Source: Tubulanus polymorphus (taxonomy: Eukaryota; Animalia; Nemertea). From it: a DNA stretch of 64,000 nt. The stretch spans positions 26,498,560 through 26,562,559 of the forward strand of contig NC_134027.1 of NCBI RefSeq assembly GCF_964204645.1, given 5' to 3'. The notes beneath the pieces were generated by a model. The model saw only the letters and a program-made list of their open reading frames with translations, did not search any database and was not told the DNA's origin. A program made the translations under genes and the position numbers. Positions 1 through 18,566 of the stretch are shown in pieces (the first letter of the stretch is position 1; the number at the start of each line of letters is the position of its first letter).

Positions 1-524
1 CTATCGATGATAAAGCATTTGTAGCCCATGTTCTTTGAAGATCGTTGTTATTTGAGTAAAATCCAGCGTTTGGATTCATTTTTTGTAAAGAATCAACTAT
101 ACGAATAACTGTTCTAGAAGCGTTCAACTGTAAATACACATACTCATCAGTTCACAAAAAACTATCTAATGTCTCAAGCACAAAGATATGATCATGGTTT
201 TTTAACATAAAGTCTGAAAATTATTCTTTGGAGCTAGTGTAGTTTATACAACGTTTCGACTTTATACATTGTGACTGTCATTATTTGCAGTGTCCAATGA
301 ATTGATAAAAACGAGAGTCGTTTCATGTTGACAAAACGTAGTATATTTTTTTGTCGTCGGTTTCGTTATCTATCTGCTTATTTGTTATGCATTCAATTTG
401 TGATTATTTTTAATTGATGACGAAATGAATTACATAACATTACATTTTTATTTTGTTAGGTTTTACGATAGAGAATACGCGTTTCTGTTGCCTCATGTAC
501 TGGAGACTGTGCTCATGCTTTCGA

Positions 525-1000
525 TAATATCGTCAGTCTGGTCAGCTGGTTACTTCATTTTATCAGAAATAATCCATATCTATAGTTGATATCTAATAGT
601 TAAACAAATCATTTGTTTTGTAATTAGATTCGATGGAATCACAAAACCAACATGTGCAACGCGCCATTCGGATTAATCTGATCGACTTTCAAATTTCCCG
701 GTCGGATATCGAGCAAAAATAAAAATATATTTTATAAAGCGAAAGAATAATGGTACTGATGATATTCATCAGTCTGATCTGGGATAGGCTACAGATCGCT
801 GCAATTTATTGTATCAGAATACTATCCATATTTATGGTAAATATCTAATGTTTGAAACAGTCATTAATTTAATAGTTAGATTTGTGAAATCAAACATCGC
901 GGTAAAGCGGTATATTTTATGAAACGAAAGATTAATGCTATTAGTGATATTTGTCAGTCTCGTCTGGGATACAGATCACTGGAATTTATCGCGTGAACAA
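525..1000. repeat. Degenerate local repeat (about 190-230 bp, three partial copies; another copy near 5330-5490)
   Basis: A recurring motif, tcagtctg..ctggga...aatttattgtat...atccatatttatggt..atatctaat, occurs at about 530, 768, 954 and 5388. Confidence 0.45.
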
Positions 1001-1758
1001 TATCGTGTGAAATGATACATATTAATGTGTCATATATGATAATACGAAAGTTGCGATGTGGTTTCATTCTGCATAATCGAGCACAGGTTTTTGTGTGAGG
1101 TTTCATTCGATATGAAAAACACGAAGAAAATCACCCAAAATATTGTCGAACAAAAACATGAACGTTCACTTTATTGTGAATGAGATTTCAATAACTATAA
1201 TTCAGGAAAATTACTAATCAACTTTTCTCGATACTATTTAAGGTAATGCGTTTAAAGAGAATAAACTCTTGAATCGAATTAGAGTCAGAAGTAATCAAGT
1301 AGATCGTTAAGAGTTCAACCTCTCCGTAAACTGAACCAACCGATTAATAATGAGCATCTATATTTGAATAGAAAAGAAGAATCGAAGAACTAAATACATG
1401 TACGAATACAAAAAAAAGAAACGCGAATGATTTCTGTTTATGATCTCAGGTTAGGACGCTATTAATTATGGCTAATAGGAAAAGTCTATTTTGTGTAAGT
1501 AATTTTACAGAAAATTCCACCAGAGATATTTTAATAAGATCTGATTTTCTGTTGAGAAACGTATTTCTCATGCACTGGGTACAATATCCTTCTATCCTTC
1601 TTAACATAAGAAAATGTGCGTTATGTTCAAATGGCCATCCTCCATCGGCAGGGATTTTAACCTGATTGCATCGGTACGAAACCCTGTCACACTAGACCGG
1701 GTGCGCAGGTACATGCGCAGGTTTACCGCGCGAAAACTTGCGGCACCAATCTGATTGC

Positions 1759-2010
1759 TACGGAAGCCCCTAGGTGACATACGAGAAAGTTTTTTCACAA
1801 TTTCGACTTATTTAGTCGAAATTCGACTTATTAAGTCGAATTTCGAGTTTTATTTTCATGTCGAATTTCGACTTATTAAGTCGAAATTCGACTTAATTAA
1901 CACGAAATTCGACTTATTATGTCGAATTTCGACTTATCATGTCGAAATTCGACTTAATAAGTCGAAATTATGAAAAAAGTTATCTCATATGTCACCTAGG
2001 GGCTTCCGTA
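1759..2010. mobile_element. MITE with 23-bp perfect TIR (TACGGAAGCCCCTAGGTGACATA), internal palindromic tandem repeats and 6-bp TSD GATTGC
   Basis: TIRs at 1759 and ending at 2010. GATTGC occurs at 1753-1758 and 2011-2016. The interior is built of roughly 20-bp GTCGAAATTCGACTT units. Confidence 0.85.
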
Positions 2011-2134
2011 GATTGCTCGTTGTATAATCGCTGAGATAAATTTGAAGGAAGAACTATAAATGGGAAAACCCGGGCTAAAATAAAATGGGATATCTGATTG
2101 GCTTATGATGACATCATCTTAGCTGTGCATTAGC

Positions 2135-2220
2135 TGCCCACTCGGTCTAGTGTGGCAGGGGTTCGTACTGTGGCAATATCGATGCCATCAGGTTCGAATC
2201 CCTGCCGGGGTAGGATTGTG
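2135..2220 (+). mobile_element. tRNA-derived SINE-like head
   Basis: A-box-like CGGTCTAGTGTGG and B-box GGTTCGAATCCC; no complete cloverleaf. Confidence 0.45.
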
Positions 2221-2360
2221 CAAGGCTACACTGTAGTTGATTCCCGCTCACAGCCTGCTGATTACTGGTGGATCCTCGCTTGCAACATAAAGCATAATTA
2301 CAACATTTTGATCATACACTTATCGTGATGAATGAAATGATTTTGCATATTTTGGAAATG

Positions 2361-2426
2361 TATATAAATGGATTTATACCGTTGTTGTTGTCATTGTTCG
2401 GGATCTCGTCAACAATACGCGATAAG
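2361..2426 (+). promoter_or_regulatory. TATA box, Inr and short non-coding first exon of the peptide gene
   Basis: TATATAAA at 2361, Inr-like TCATTG at 2391 (30 bp downstream) and donor AAG|GTACGT at 2426/2427. This donor would splice to the acceptor at 3945-3946, one base before the ATG. Confidence 0.55.
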
Positions 2427-2457
2427 GTACGTACACAAACCACGTTCTGTAACATCA

Positions 2458-3500
2458 TCATCCAGTGATAGTAAGATGAACGTTCGAAGAATTTTCTCCA
2501 GTTGATATACGCTTTATTTCAGGTTTTATTGTGTTTTTCTCGGTGTCTCCCTCTCTCGCTGGCTCTCTGTTTCGGGGACCCTCCTTATATAGGCACTCGC
2601 GAAACTGCCCCTTTTCCAACATTTTTTCAATGATTTGGTTCTGGCGTTTACATCTGATAGATCTCAGTTTCTTAACTGTCCATCTGCACAGCCCGTGAAT
2701 ATCTTCCCCAGGGTCATATGTGACGGGTTCCCTGTTCATTTTTGAGGCAAAATCAGCCTCAGCATCATTTGTCGTAGTTTTTCTGATACGAATATTATCA
2801 TTATTGACTAAGGAATCTGTGTCCTTCTCACGTGAATCAATTATAGTTTTACTTTGTTTATCCTTAGTATACAACTGTTTACTGGAAGTCTCCTCAGCGC
2901 TGGGGATTATATTATTATCTGCTACCCTAAAATTCTTATTCAGATCAGATTCGAATCAGTTAACTCAGAATTATTTTCATTACTCAATATACTATCATTT
3001 TCACATTCTAAAAATACCTCTTTACATATTTCTGAATTCTCTGCTAATTCGCTCTCTGAACTTTTTATTTCAGTAGCGTTTATAACTTGCTCCGTCGGCC
3101 CTTTTCGGGTCGTTACTCCCAAACTAGGTTTTGAATCATTATTGCTATTACTATTATTATTGACACTTAATTTTTCATTAATTTACTTGTTCCGATGTCG
3201 CACTAGTTACTTGCCTGTGACGATGCCCGGGTTCTCCACCAGTGATAGTAAAATGAACGGTCGAACTGCCACGAAACTGCCACGTCGCGCGAGCGCCAGC
3301 TATGCTAAATTTCCTTTTATGGTAACAGCAACTGTTTAAATTTGCCCTTTTCCAAGAATATTTCAATTAATTCATTTTTTGGGAAAGTAATAATAGTCCC
3401 TGGTAGCACCTGCAACTAAAACAGAATGCTGATCTGATATTAAAACAATGGATTATGAAACTGGCGACCCCAAACTGAATGGTTTTCAAGGCCGAATTAG
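2458..3500 (-). pseudogene. Frameshifted coding remnant with an internally duplicated motif, of unknown origin
   Basis: Fragments in different frames repeat the same motifs: PKNELIEIFLEKGKF vs RQNQIIEKMLEKGQF, and SSTVHFTITG vs SSNVHLTITG. They are interrupted by stops and frameshifts. Confidence 0.4.
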
Positions 3501-3632
3501 TTCGGTTCAAACTTAGTTCATTGACGGTACCAGGATCTGTGAATGCTCTAAACCTATAGTTACACATAAATTAATGAATGAATGTAATTATTTTCCTAAT
3601 ACCAGTTTTACTGTGCGCGAGCTGTGGATCCT

Positions 3633-3828
3633 GGATCCATTTCCACAGTTATGAGTTTAGATTCGACTCAAGAGTTATCAACTTATTGCAAATGAACGAA
3701 TTCTTATCAAAGATCATCAGACTCAACTCTAACTCAAAACTACGGAACTGGGTTCTCGATCCATTTGCACAGTTGTGAGTTTAGATTCAACTCAGAGTTA
3801 ATTTCAACTCACAACTGTGGAACTGGTT
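3633..3828. mobile_element. Short palindromic MITE family (GTTCCACAGTT...AACTGTGGAACTGG), tandem copies
   Basis: Two adjacent copies here. Related copies lie at about 12913-13320, 15865-15965, 34885-34980 and 43741-43842, with partial ends at about 35510 and 56895. Confidence 0.6.
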
Positions 3829-3947
3829 CAATCTTGACTCCGGGTCCAGTTCCGTGGGTTTGATTTGCGGGCATCTGGTTCATGCGTGCGTGCGTTTGGA
3901 ATCTATACCGATTCCAGATTTAAACGCGTAAGCTTATATATTTCAGA

Positions 3948-4232
3948 ATGTTTTCTAAAACTCTGTTCATCGCCTTGGCCTTATTTGTGGTCGTTGGAGT
4001 TATGGCAGCAGGTAATCTATGAGAACAATTCTGTTAACTAGCAATCAGATGTCTTCTACGTTCACGGTTTCAACCGACAACACCTTGTCATAATTTTTCA
4101 GAAGTTCAGATTGAAAAGAGAGCAAATGACGTGTGCACTTGCGAGGGCAAAAAAGGCAAACCTGATTTCGCTAGTGAAGACCCAGAATGTTGCGAGATGC
4201 TGCTCGGAAGATGTTGCTTGCCAGAAGATTAA
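3948..4232 (+). CDS. Secreted cysteine-rich prepropeptide (toxin/defensin-like), 64 aa, join(3948..4011,4102..4232)
   Basis: The ATG at 3948 follows a tttcag acceptor. A phase-1 GT-AG intron spans 4012-4101. Translation: MFSKTLFIALALFVVVGVMAA-EVQIEKR-ANDVCTCEGKKGKPDFASEDPECCEMLLGRCCLPED*. It has a hydrophobic signal peptide, a dibasic KR site and six Cys. AATAAA lies at 4253. Confidence 0.8.
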
Positions 4233-6282
4233 AATATTTCGAAAGAAATGAAAATAAAGCACGGTCAGAATTAAAATACTATTCAGAGTCTTGTTTTGAG
4301 TTTGTGGCGAACTTGTTACAGCTAATTTGATCAATACTCTCGAAACGGTGTTTTAAGCGCAGTGTCTGTTTGTGACAGACTAAATAAAAACAGCAAATCA
4401 AACTAACTGAGCATGATTTCAATGCGTATCGTTCAGAGACGACAAAACTAGAAACGAAGCATAAATCAATGAATGCTTGTCACTTATTATCAAGTTCACA
4501 CAAAAGATATCAAAGGTTGACATTACATGATATTAAGATAAGAAGGCCACTGTCAGTATGATATAGTAAGTATATTTCATTTTTCATAATCCATACATAC
4601 AATATGATAATATCAATACATTTTTAAGTACAATGGTTATGAGAATCCGGTGCTATTGTCAGTAATTAAGGCACTGAACCAATTGTAATTGTTATTTACG
4701 GTTTTCAGAGATATTCAATTCAAATGAGATTCACATTACTTTTAGAATTTACAGCAGCTCATATTGATAGCCTTTGCTCTGTTTTATCATTAGTTCATTT
4801 CAGTGATCTTCGAACTGGATATCGTTCTTGGCTTTTAAATCCGAATTTATAATCACATTTTTCCCGCTATCACTATTCGATTGGAAGTTTGGTAACATTT
4901 ATTGAGAATTGATTAATCGATTAATCGAAGAAATTTATCAATTTATCAATGCGGACCCAGTGAGTACCCCAAAACATGGCGTATGGAAACTGTAGAAAGA
5001 CCTACTATTTCTAATAAAGAGGCAAAATAAAACGACGTGAGCTTCGACGGGAGAGACAAGCAAACCTAGCAAGCGAAAGGATGTCTTTGAGGAGGGTATG
5101 AACAGGCATTATTACTACAAGATTTTTCGATGAAATTGAATTTGTGACGTGTATGCGATTCAAATCATTAAACAAACCGGTTGTTTCTGTATATTTTGGA
5201 ACGAAAATAGCGTTCAATTTCAACTATTTGTTACATGAGATTTTGACCTAGTCGCGAAGGTTGAAATTACAATTGAGGCGTTCAGAAAAACGTGAGACCA
5301 TACTTCGAACTAGTCACACCGCTTGATAAAAAAAAACTCTAATAAGCGGAGATTTATGACATTGGTGATACCAGTCGAAAATAATCCTCAGTCTGGTCCG
5401 GAATACTGATACCTAGAATTTATTGTATAAAAAAATTATCCATATTTATGGTTAATAATATCTAATAGTTGAAAACAGCAATCAATTCAGTAATTTTATT
5501 CTATATAATCACTACACTGGGTATTATGTAAAACACTCCATTAAGCTCATTCAGCTTCCACCAGGGAACCATACAGTGAAACAAATCTGCAAAATCCTCT
5601 GTTCGATATCAACGAAATTGTAACAGGTGCTTCACACGTGATCCAAACATGTACAAAACGTGTGTGATTACACTAGGTGGCGCTTCCTTCAAAAAAATCG
5701 AACTGCATTTCATTTTTGGTAACTTACCTAATTCCGTAAAAACTGAATTCCAATGAACCGACGCGATAAGATTAATTTCAACGAGAAACGCCTTAGGCTT
5801 TACTCGTTAGGCTTTACTCAAATTACATCATGATTGATATTTATTAATATCGTTTGGTACCGATATGACACTAGTAAACGTAGATACAGAGCTTTGTTTA
5901 CACGAAGCTACTTGGGCGATATTGGAGAAAATAAAAGCGTTGAGGCTCAAGCAGCGGAATGAGGAGCCAACTTTACATTGTTCACACTCTTTATCGGATA
6001 CAAGTAACAGTTCCTTGCTCCTTACTGGAAGGAGACATTTGAATAAGTAATAGAACTTCCCAGAGGTAATGAGAGGTCATCTGCTGTTTACTAGGGGATG
6101 CGTTTTTTTTGCGAAAACAGTGCTGAATCGATTTAGGGCGATTCAATTAGAGGCTGATAATATGAAAAAAGCATAAAAGTTGAATAAGCAGCCAGCTCTA
6201 CATTTAAAAAATAGTCGAATAAAGAACCGGGAACTAGTAGTAGCCAGCTTTACTGGGGTACTTTAAATCCCTGAATATATCC

Positions 6283-7850
6283 TCAGTTCCTCCTGAGTTT
6301 GGAAGGATATACGTTATCATTATTCATTTCGTAGTTAAGTTGTAAATGTACAGCAATCGCGTAACCGATCGTGTGCAGGTTTCCATTTTCATCTACCGGA
6401 TATTTTTGCCTATACAGATCGATCGCATCATCCATGAATTCAGGCAATTTTGATTCGGGAATCCGCTTTATATGAGGCATAACTGCGTTAAACCATCCTG
6501 GAAAAAAATATACACAGTATTTAACATTATCGTGTTTCAACCAACAGGAACAGGGGCGGATCTAGAAAATTTGGGGGCACTTTGAATAAAAAATGTTGTC
6601 GCAAGAAGCCCAAACAGGCGATCTTTGGTCCTCCCCAAAATTTTAAGAATGGATACTTTACATACTAAATGACATTTCTTGCATTTGAAATAATTATTTT
6701 CAAAGAATTAGTCCTGTATTATTTCTTACATCCCCGATGATTTTATCAACAGGGTGGGAATTTGTGAGCCAAACACTGAAGAGATTGTGGTGTATTTATT
6801 CATGGTTTGTTTTAGAGTCCCGAAGATTAATTTCATGATGATGATAATATTTTCACCTTTAGCAGATTCGAGATCGGGAAAAGTTATATCATCAACAGTG
6901 TTCGTGCATTGTATAACAGTAAACCCTAGTGACTCAGCCATTCGTCGATATCCGGTAACTTCATCCGGGAATCTCCAATCACTGAATTCCTCCCAGCCGG
7001 ACGACGGGTACGACCACTCAGGCGTAAATCCCTGCGTTTAAAAACAGTTAGTTCTTATCATTAGATTCGCTGAAATTTAGCAAAGATGAATCCTTTAAAG
7101 TATTAGCTGAATAAGGGACAATTGATTAAGTACGAACGCTTGAAGGGGGGTCAAAAATTCCCCCACTTCTCCCTACGTACAAAATATTTAGAAAATCGAG
7201 GAGATTGCGTACGCACTTTACTTATGGACCGCCTGAAATGCATATTTGTTTACGTACATGAAAGTAAGGAGACCATTTTTCCAATTTTGCAACTTCAGAC
7301 ATGTACTCGAGTTGTGCTGATTTTAGGAGGAGAATGATCACTTCGCCATTTAGGGAAAGTAGAGATTTTATATTTTCTAAATTCGAATACTGATTTGGAG
7401 TCCAGTGTAGAACTACAAACGATGTTATTAGATCAAATTTCTGCCGCCATTCCGGTCTGAATGAGTCGGGTTTGGTCACATCTGCGACTAGATATTCAAT
7501 TTTAGGATTCGGATTTTTTTCCCGAGCGAATTCAACCATTGATTCATACTGAAACAATATTATAACATGTAGATTCAAAGACTTTTAACGTCTATGACGT
7601 TTTATATTAATATCTCAACTTACAGCGACTCTGCAAATTTCAAATGCATTGTTACCTTATCAAAAGCAATTAGATTTTCAACATTGTTGATATGATTCAG
7701 TAATATATTAGTGACCTCTCCGCTACCGCAGCCTATATCCAATACATTCCTGTAACTATTCTGCTGAAATTCTATCGATGATATAGTTCTTGCAGCCCAA
7801 TTTTTCTGGCCAGTGTTGTTATTTGAGTAAAGTTCTGCGTTCGGGTTCAT
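6283..7850 (-). CDS. Class I SAM-dependent methyltransferase, JHAMT-like, 291 aa, complement(join(6283..6497,6857..7031,7258..7548,7656..7850))
   Basis: SAM motif I VLDIGCGSGEVT, FDLITSFVVLHW (motif typical of JHAMT/Tam-like enzymes) and an N-terminal AELYSNNN. All three introns are GT-AG with continuous frame. Confidence 0.88.
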
Positions 7851-8258
7851 TTTGACAGATCAAGGCATCTTAAACGTGCATGACTAGCTAAACCCGTGCT
7901 ACGTGTGCTAACATGCCCATACATGTGAAATACACGAAACCACTACAACTACAACTATACTACTACACACAATTGTGAATTAACTCTTTTCAAATGACTT
8001 AAAGAAAAGATTTTTTCTCACGGAATATATAAACATTACGAAATTCTTTGTCGATTATTTCTATTGGTTTCAAGACTGCCAGAAAAACACGTCCTCTATT
8101 GGTGGAAAGAAAAACTCACGTCTGCTTTAACCTTCGGAGCTTCCTTTTAAACTCCTCAAAATTGCACAATTAAGTTAATTAGTATCACTATAACATATTT
8201 ATTTATCTATATTCTAGAACTACAGGTAATGATACAAGTTCTAAAATGAATTACTCAA

Positions 8259-9257
8259 TTACAACGCTGTTTTGGGTCGCTTGGCGAGGTATGCAGCGAT
8301 ATTTGGCAGCTGTGCTATTTTGTCTTTATGAGTGGTTAGCGTCGGGAATTTCTGAAGCAATTTGGCGAAGTCTTCATTCTGAAGAAAGCCATCAATCACT
8401 GAGAACACCAGTAAATCCGCTACCGTCACCTGAAATTATTGACGACAAAGTAAAACATTTTTGCAAACTTCAAAAAGTGGAAGTTTTTCAACAAATCTAG
8501 ATCTTACCGCAGAACCGACGAAAAATGTGTTTGAGCCGAGTAATTTTGTGAGCGCTCCAAAAAGTCTTGGCATTTCTTCTTCAAGGTTCGTTTTCATAAT
8601 TTCCGCCTAGAAATATCATATTATTATTTTGTAGAGATCATACACCATTTTGATTGTCTTCATTACTAAAGTATTCTATAAGAAATACCTTTTTCGCCTC
8701 ATCTTTTTCGAACACAACTTTCCACGCGGTCTCGTTAATATCGTTACCAATAAACATCACTTCCATTATTCGACCCATTTCCATTGAGTTATTGGCAAAC
8801 ATGCCTACAAAAATCCATCTCGAGTTACACTCTCTAATTCTAACTATTACGATCAGATGAAATGGATAAATAAATATCTTACCAAACTCTTTTGCAAGGT
8901 AACTAGCAATAGCTAAACTTTGAGTCAATGGCTTTCCATCAATCTCTAGTATTGGTAGTTTACCAAACGGAGCTCCTGAAAACCAATGAATGAGGAGTTG
9001 TAATATTCAGCAAGATATTTCCTCCTTTAGAATCTTTCTCATATTTCTAACCGAATTGTATGTGTTTAAGGATGGCGATGATTAGGAAATTAAGAGAGTC
9101 ACGTTTAAATCAAAATGTACGTACCGGGTTTAACAGCAGCCCATTGCTCAAATGTATATCGAACATCTTCAAATTCAACTCCGGCCTGGGCAAATAATAA
9201 TCTGCTAATCTCAGCTCGACCACGAACATCGAAATATTTCAAAGTGTATTTCGGCAT
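8259..9257 (-). CDS. Sigma-class glutathione S-transferase (HPGDS-like) GST-A, 203 aa, complement(join(8259..8429,8508..8606,8689..8804,8883..8975,9125..9257))
   Basis: [47 protein letters not shown] and C-terminal [10 protein letters not shown]. Five exons of 133/93/116/99/171 nt, all GT-AG. Confidence 0.93.
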
Positions 9258-10220
9258 GTTTCAAATGTTGTTTGGTAGGCAGCTACTTCAAACGAGTAAA
9301 TGTGAATACTGACTAAGAAATCGGGGGTTAATACGAATGTGCACGTACGTGTTTGCGTTATGCTTGGGTGCATTAGTTCTGTGACGTAAAAAAGGAACAC
9401 CAAAGATTATAAATAGCGATCTGTAAAGGCTATAGTTCCTTTCATATTAGCCTCGCTGGTTGTATACAAGTCCCCGACCGACAAGTTATTCATAGCCTAT
9501 TTCTTAACCTTACTTTTTCAGCCCCGTGCAACGTGTATGAAGGTGTCTCATATATCTATTTACTTATACTTGTTTCCAATCTGCAGCCATAAACACCTTG
9601 ATAGCAAGCAATAACGTTTGAAATAAATCGCCCATGGGCAAAGTGGTTTACCTTCAAAGTGGACTTCTTTGGCAAGGGCATTGCCTATATAAAATCTTTT
9701 CATTTCTTGAGTTCTAAGTTCAATTTCATATTTCATATTTTTCAAAGAATTATTTCGTAGCAAAATAAGGCCAAAAATATACATTTAAAATTTGGTAGGG
9801 TATAGGTATACGTATAGGTATAAGGGAAACTATTTTATATTTTATATTAAAATATTTTTCACAATATGAAAAATGTTTAGATTAAAAATTCATATGATAT
9901 CACCAATATGAAACAAAACTAATGTATAAAGATATATCTAAACTTGTTTTTGTCACTGCACGGTTTGGTGATATTTTGCAGTGAACCATCCGGCAGCGCG
10001 TGCATTCAACTCATGTTTCTTTTAATTCCTCAGCTTCCTTTTTTAACTCATCGACACTTTGCAAAAATATACTTAATTAACGTCACCACCATATTGATCA
10101 GATGTTCAAATATTTATTCGTCTATATTCTAAAAATATAGTCATATTTCACTCATCAATCTGTGCATTAATATGACTATTAATTTCTGCACAGTTCTGAA
10201 AGGATTCTACCACAGGGGCT

Positions 10221-10341
10221 CACAGGGGCTCGTATTTGAAGTTTGGGGGTGAACTTAAGCTTAGATCATCCAGTATAGTACCAAGGATACTAGATGATCT
10301 AAGCTACAGTTCACCCCAAACTTCAAATACGAGCCCCTGTG
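10221..10341. mobile_element. 121-bp hairpin MITE (CACAGGGGCTCGTATTTGAAG...CTTCAAATACGAGCCCCTGTG)
   Basis: Near-perfect palindrome, preceded by a 10-bp duplicate of its left end (10211-10220). Confidence 0.75.
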
Positions 10342-10385
10342 AATTATACAGACTTTACTAGCTGTTCCATAAATGATTTACCCAG

Positions 10386-11390
<1,005 letters not shown>

Positions 11391-12003
11391 TCAAGTTGTT
11401 GTCTGATAGGCAGCTACTTCGAACAAGAAAATGTGAATATGAACTTGAAAGTCTTGAGTTTATATATCTGTTATATTAAGACTGTCAATCAAAAAAGGAA
11501 CACCAAAGTTATATATAGCGATCTGTAAAGGCTATCTAGTTCCTTTCATATTAACCTGCGTGGTTGTAAAATAGCTTATTCGTGGCCCATTTCTTAACCT
11601 CACTTTATCAGACTTCCCTCCTATAGGGTGTCCCATTATATATCTACTAATACTTGGTTCCAAGCCACTGACAAAAAAACGTCTATATGGAAATAAACAT
11701 TACCTTTGAAAAGAATTCAAAAAGCAACTAATGATTGAAGACATATGTTTAAAGAATATATATTTTCTTTATGTTCCATGAATGAATTTCAATTAGCTTA
11801 GAATGATAATAATAATTTATTTCATCATCAATTAAATCGAATACAAAATTACAAATAAAGTACATGACAGAATTAGTTGATTGATGATAGGGATCTGAAC
11901 AGAGCCATCAAGGCTGTACATAGGACATTCGGGCCCCTTGAGAAAAATGTGTTGATAATATGTTAATAGATTATAATAATAGTGATAATATTAATAAATG
12001 CAG

Positions 12004-13590
<1,587 letters not shown>

Positions 13591-14399
13591 TTAAGTGCGA
13601 TGTTCTCGCTGATAAGGACGTCATTGGAGACAAGGTTGAATCATTCATCACGTTGTATGATTCTCTTGTTTGTACTTTACTGATTTCATACTCGAGTGTT
13701 TTCTATTGTAAAATTTTAGAGTTCAATAAAGTTGTATTGTATTGTTTTGTCTTGCGTCAGCTGATCTGGGATTATAAGCCGGTGTAATATGACACAGATT
13801 CATGATGGCTTCTTCACAAGAGACGATCGCGCAAACGTTCGACATTAGGAGCGCTCCGTCCGGGTTTCGGGGATCATAACTACATCCTCCTCTGTATCGG
13901 TTGAAACCAGAACTCCGGTTATCTGAGTTAGTCGACTATAGTCGAACTAAGTGAAACCGAATGTTAATTAGTCGGAACTATATTCTGGAAATAGTTCGGA
14001 AATTAAGCGCATTCGGTTAAGTTCCAGTCCGACCAGGTCGATACAAAAACCGAATTTGATTTAAGCCCGGCGTTCAAAACATGAGTCATGTTTTTGAACC
14101 GGAGTGTACTTGTTTAAAGAAGTTTCCAGTTTCTAGGCGCCGTTTTGTGGCGGTCCCCCGTGGTCCCAATTGTTGCGATAATTTGCGCTCATTTTCAAAA
14201 CATAAGTTATGATTGAATGTCCGGCAGCTCTGCACTCCCTTGCTCGATTAACTTAATTGATACACCATTTTAAAGGAAATGAAATGCAGGTATTTGCCGG
14301 TGATTATTCGATTTTTTTAACGCAACAATTAAGAGCAATATATAAAAGTTTGATTACGAAAACAACGAAGTCACATACAGGTGTAGATGGATCAGAATG

Positions 14400-14525
14400 T
14401 AACCTACGGCGCTGGCCACTCCTCAAATGTAGATCTTCATAATCAACTCCAGCCTGGGAAAATAATAATCTGCTAATCTCTGCTCGACCACGAGTATCAA
14501 AATATTTCAGATTATATTTCGTCAT
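14400..14525 (-). pseudogene. Orphan, frameshifted GST exon 1 (GST-B type)
   Basis: [31 protein letters not shown] is followed by a 7-nt deletion relative to GST-B and a damaged donor. No exons 2-5 follow before GST-C. Confidence 0.8.
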
Positions 14526-14948
14526 TTTTCAATCAAATTGCTGTCTGGTAAAAGTTACTTCAAAACAAGTAAATGTAGATGTGAATATGAACTAAAATAA
14601 GTCTTGGGTTAATGTGGCATTAGTCTGCCAATAAAAAAGGAACACCACCAAAATTATCGCGATCTGTAAGGCTACCTATAGTTATCTATAGTCCCTTTCA
14701 TAACTGGTCTTAATGTAAAAAAGCTTATTCGTGGCGGCCCTTTTCGTAACCTCACTTTATCATCCTTGAACCCTCCCCCCCCCCCCCCCCCTATAGGGTG
14801 TCCCAGTATATCTACAGTACATAATACTTGAGTTCAAGCAGAAAACGTCTATATGGAAAAATAAAGTAACACTTGAAAAAAATACGAAATGCAACTCATG
14901 TTTTAAGATGTTTAAAGAATATATATTTTCTATGAATGAATTTCAGTC

Positions 14949-18566
<3,618 letters not shown>

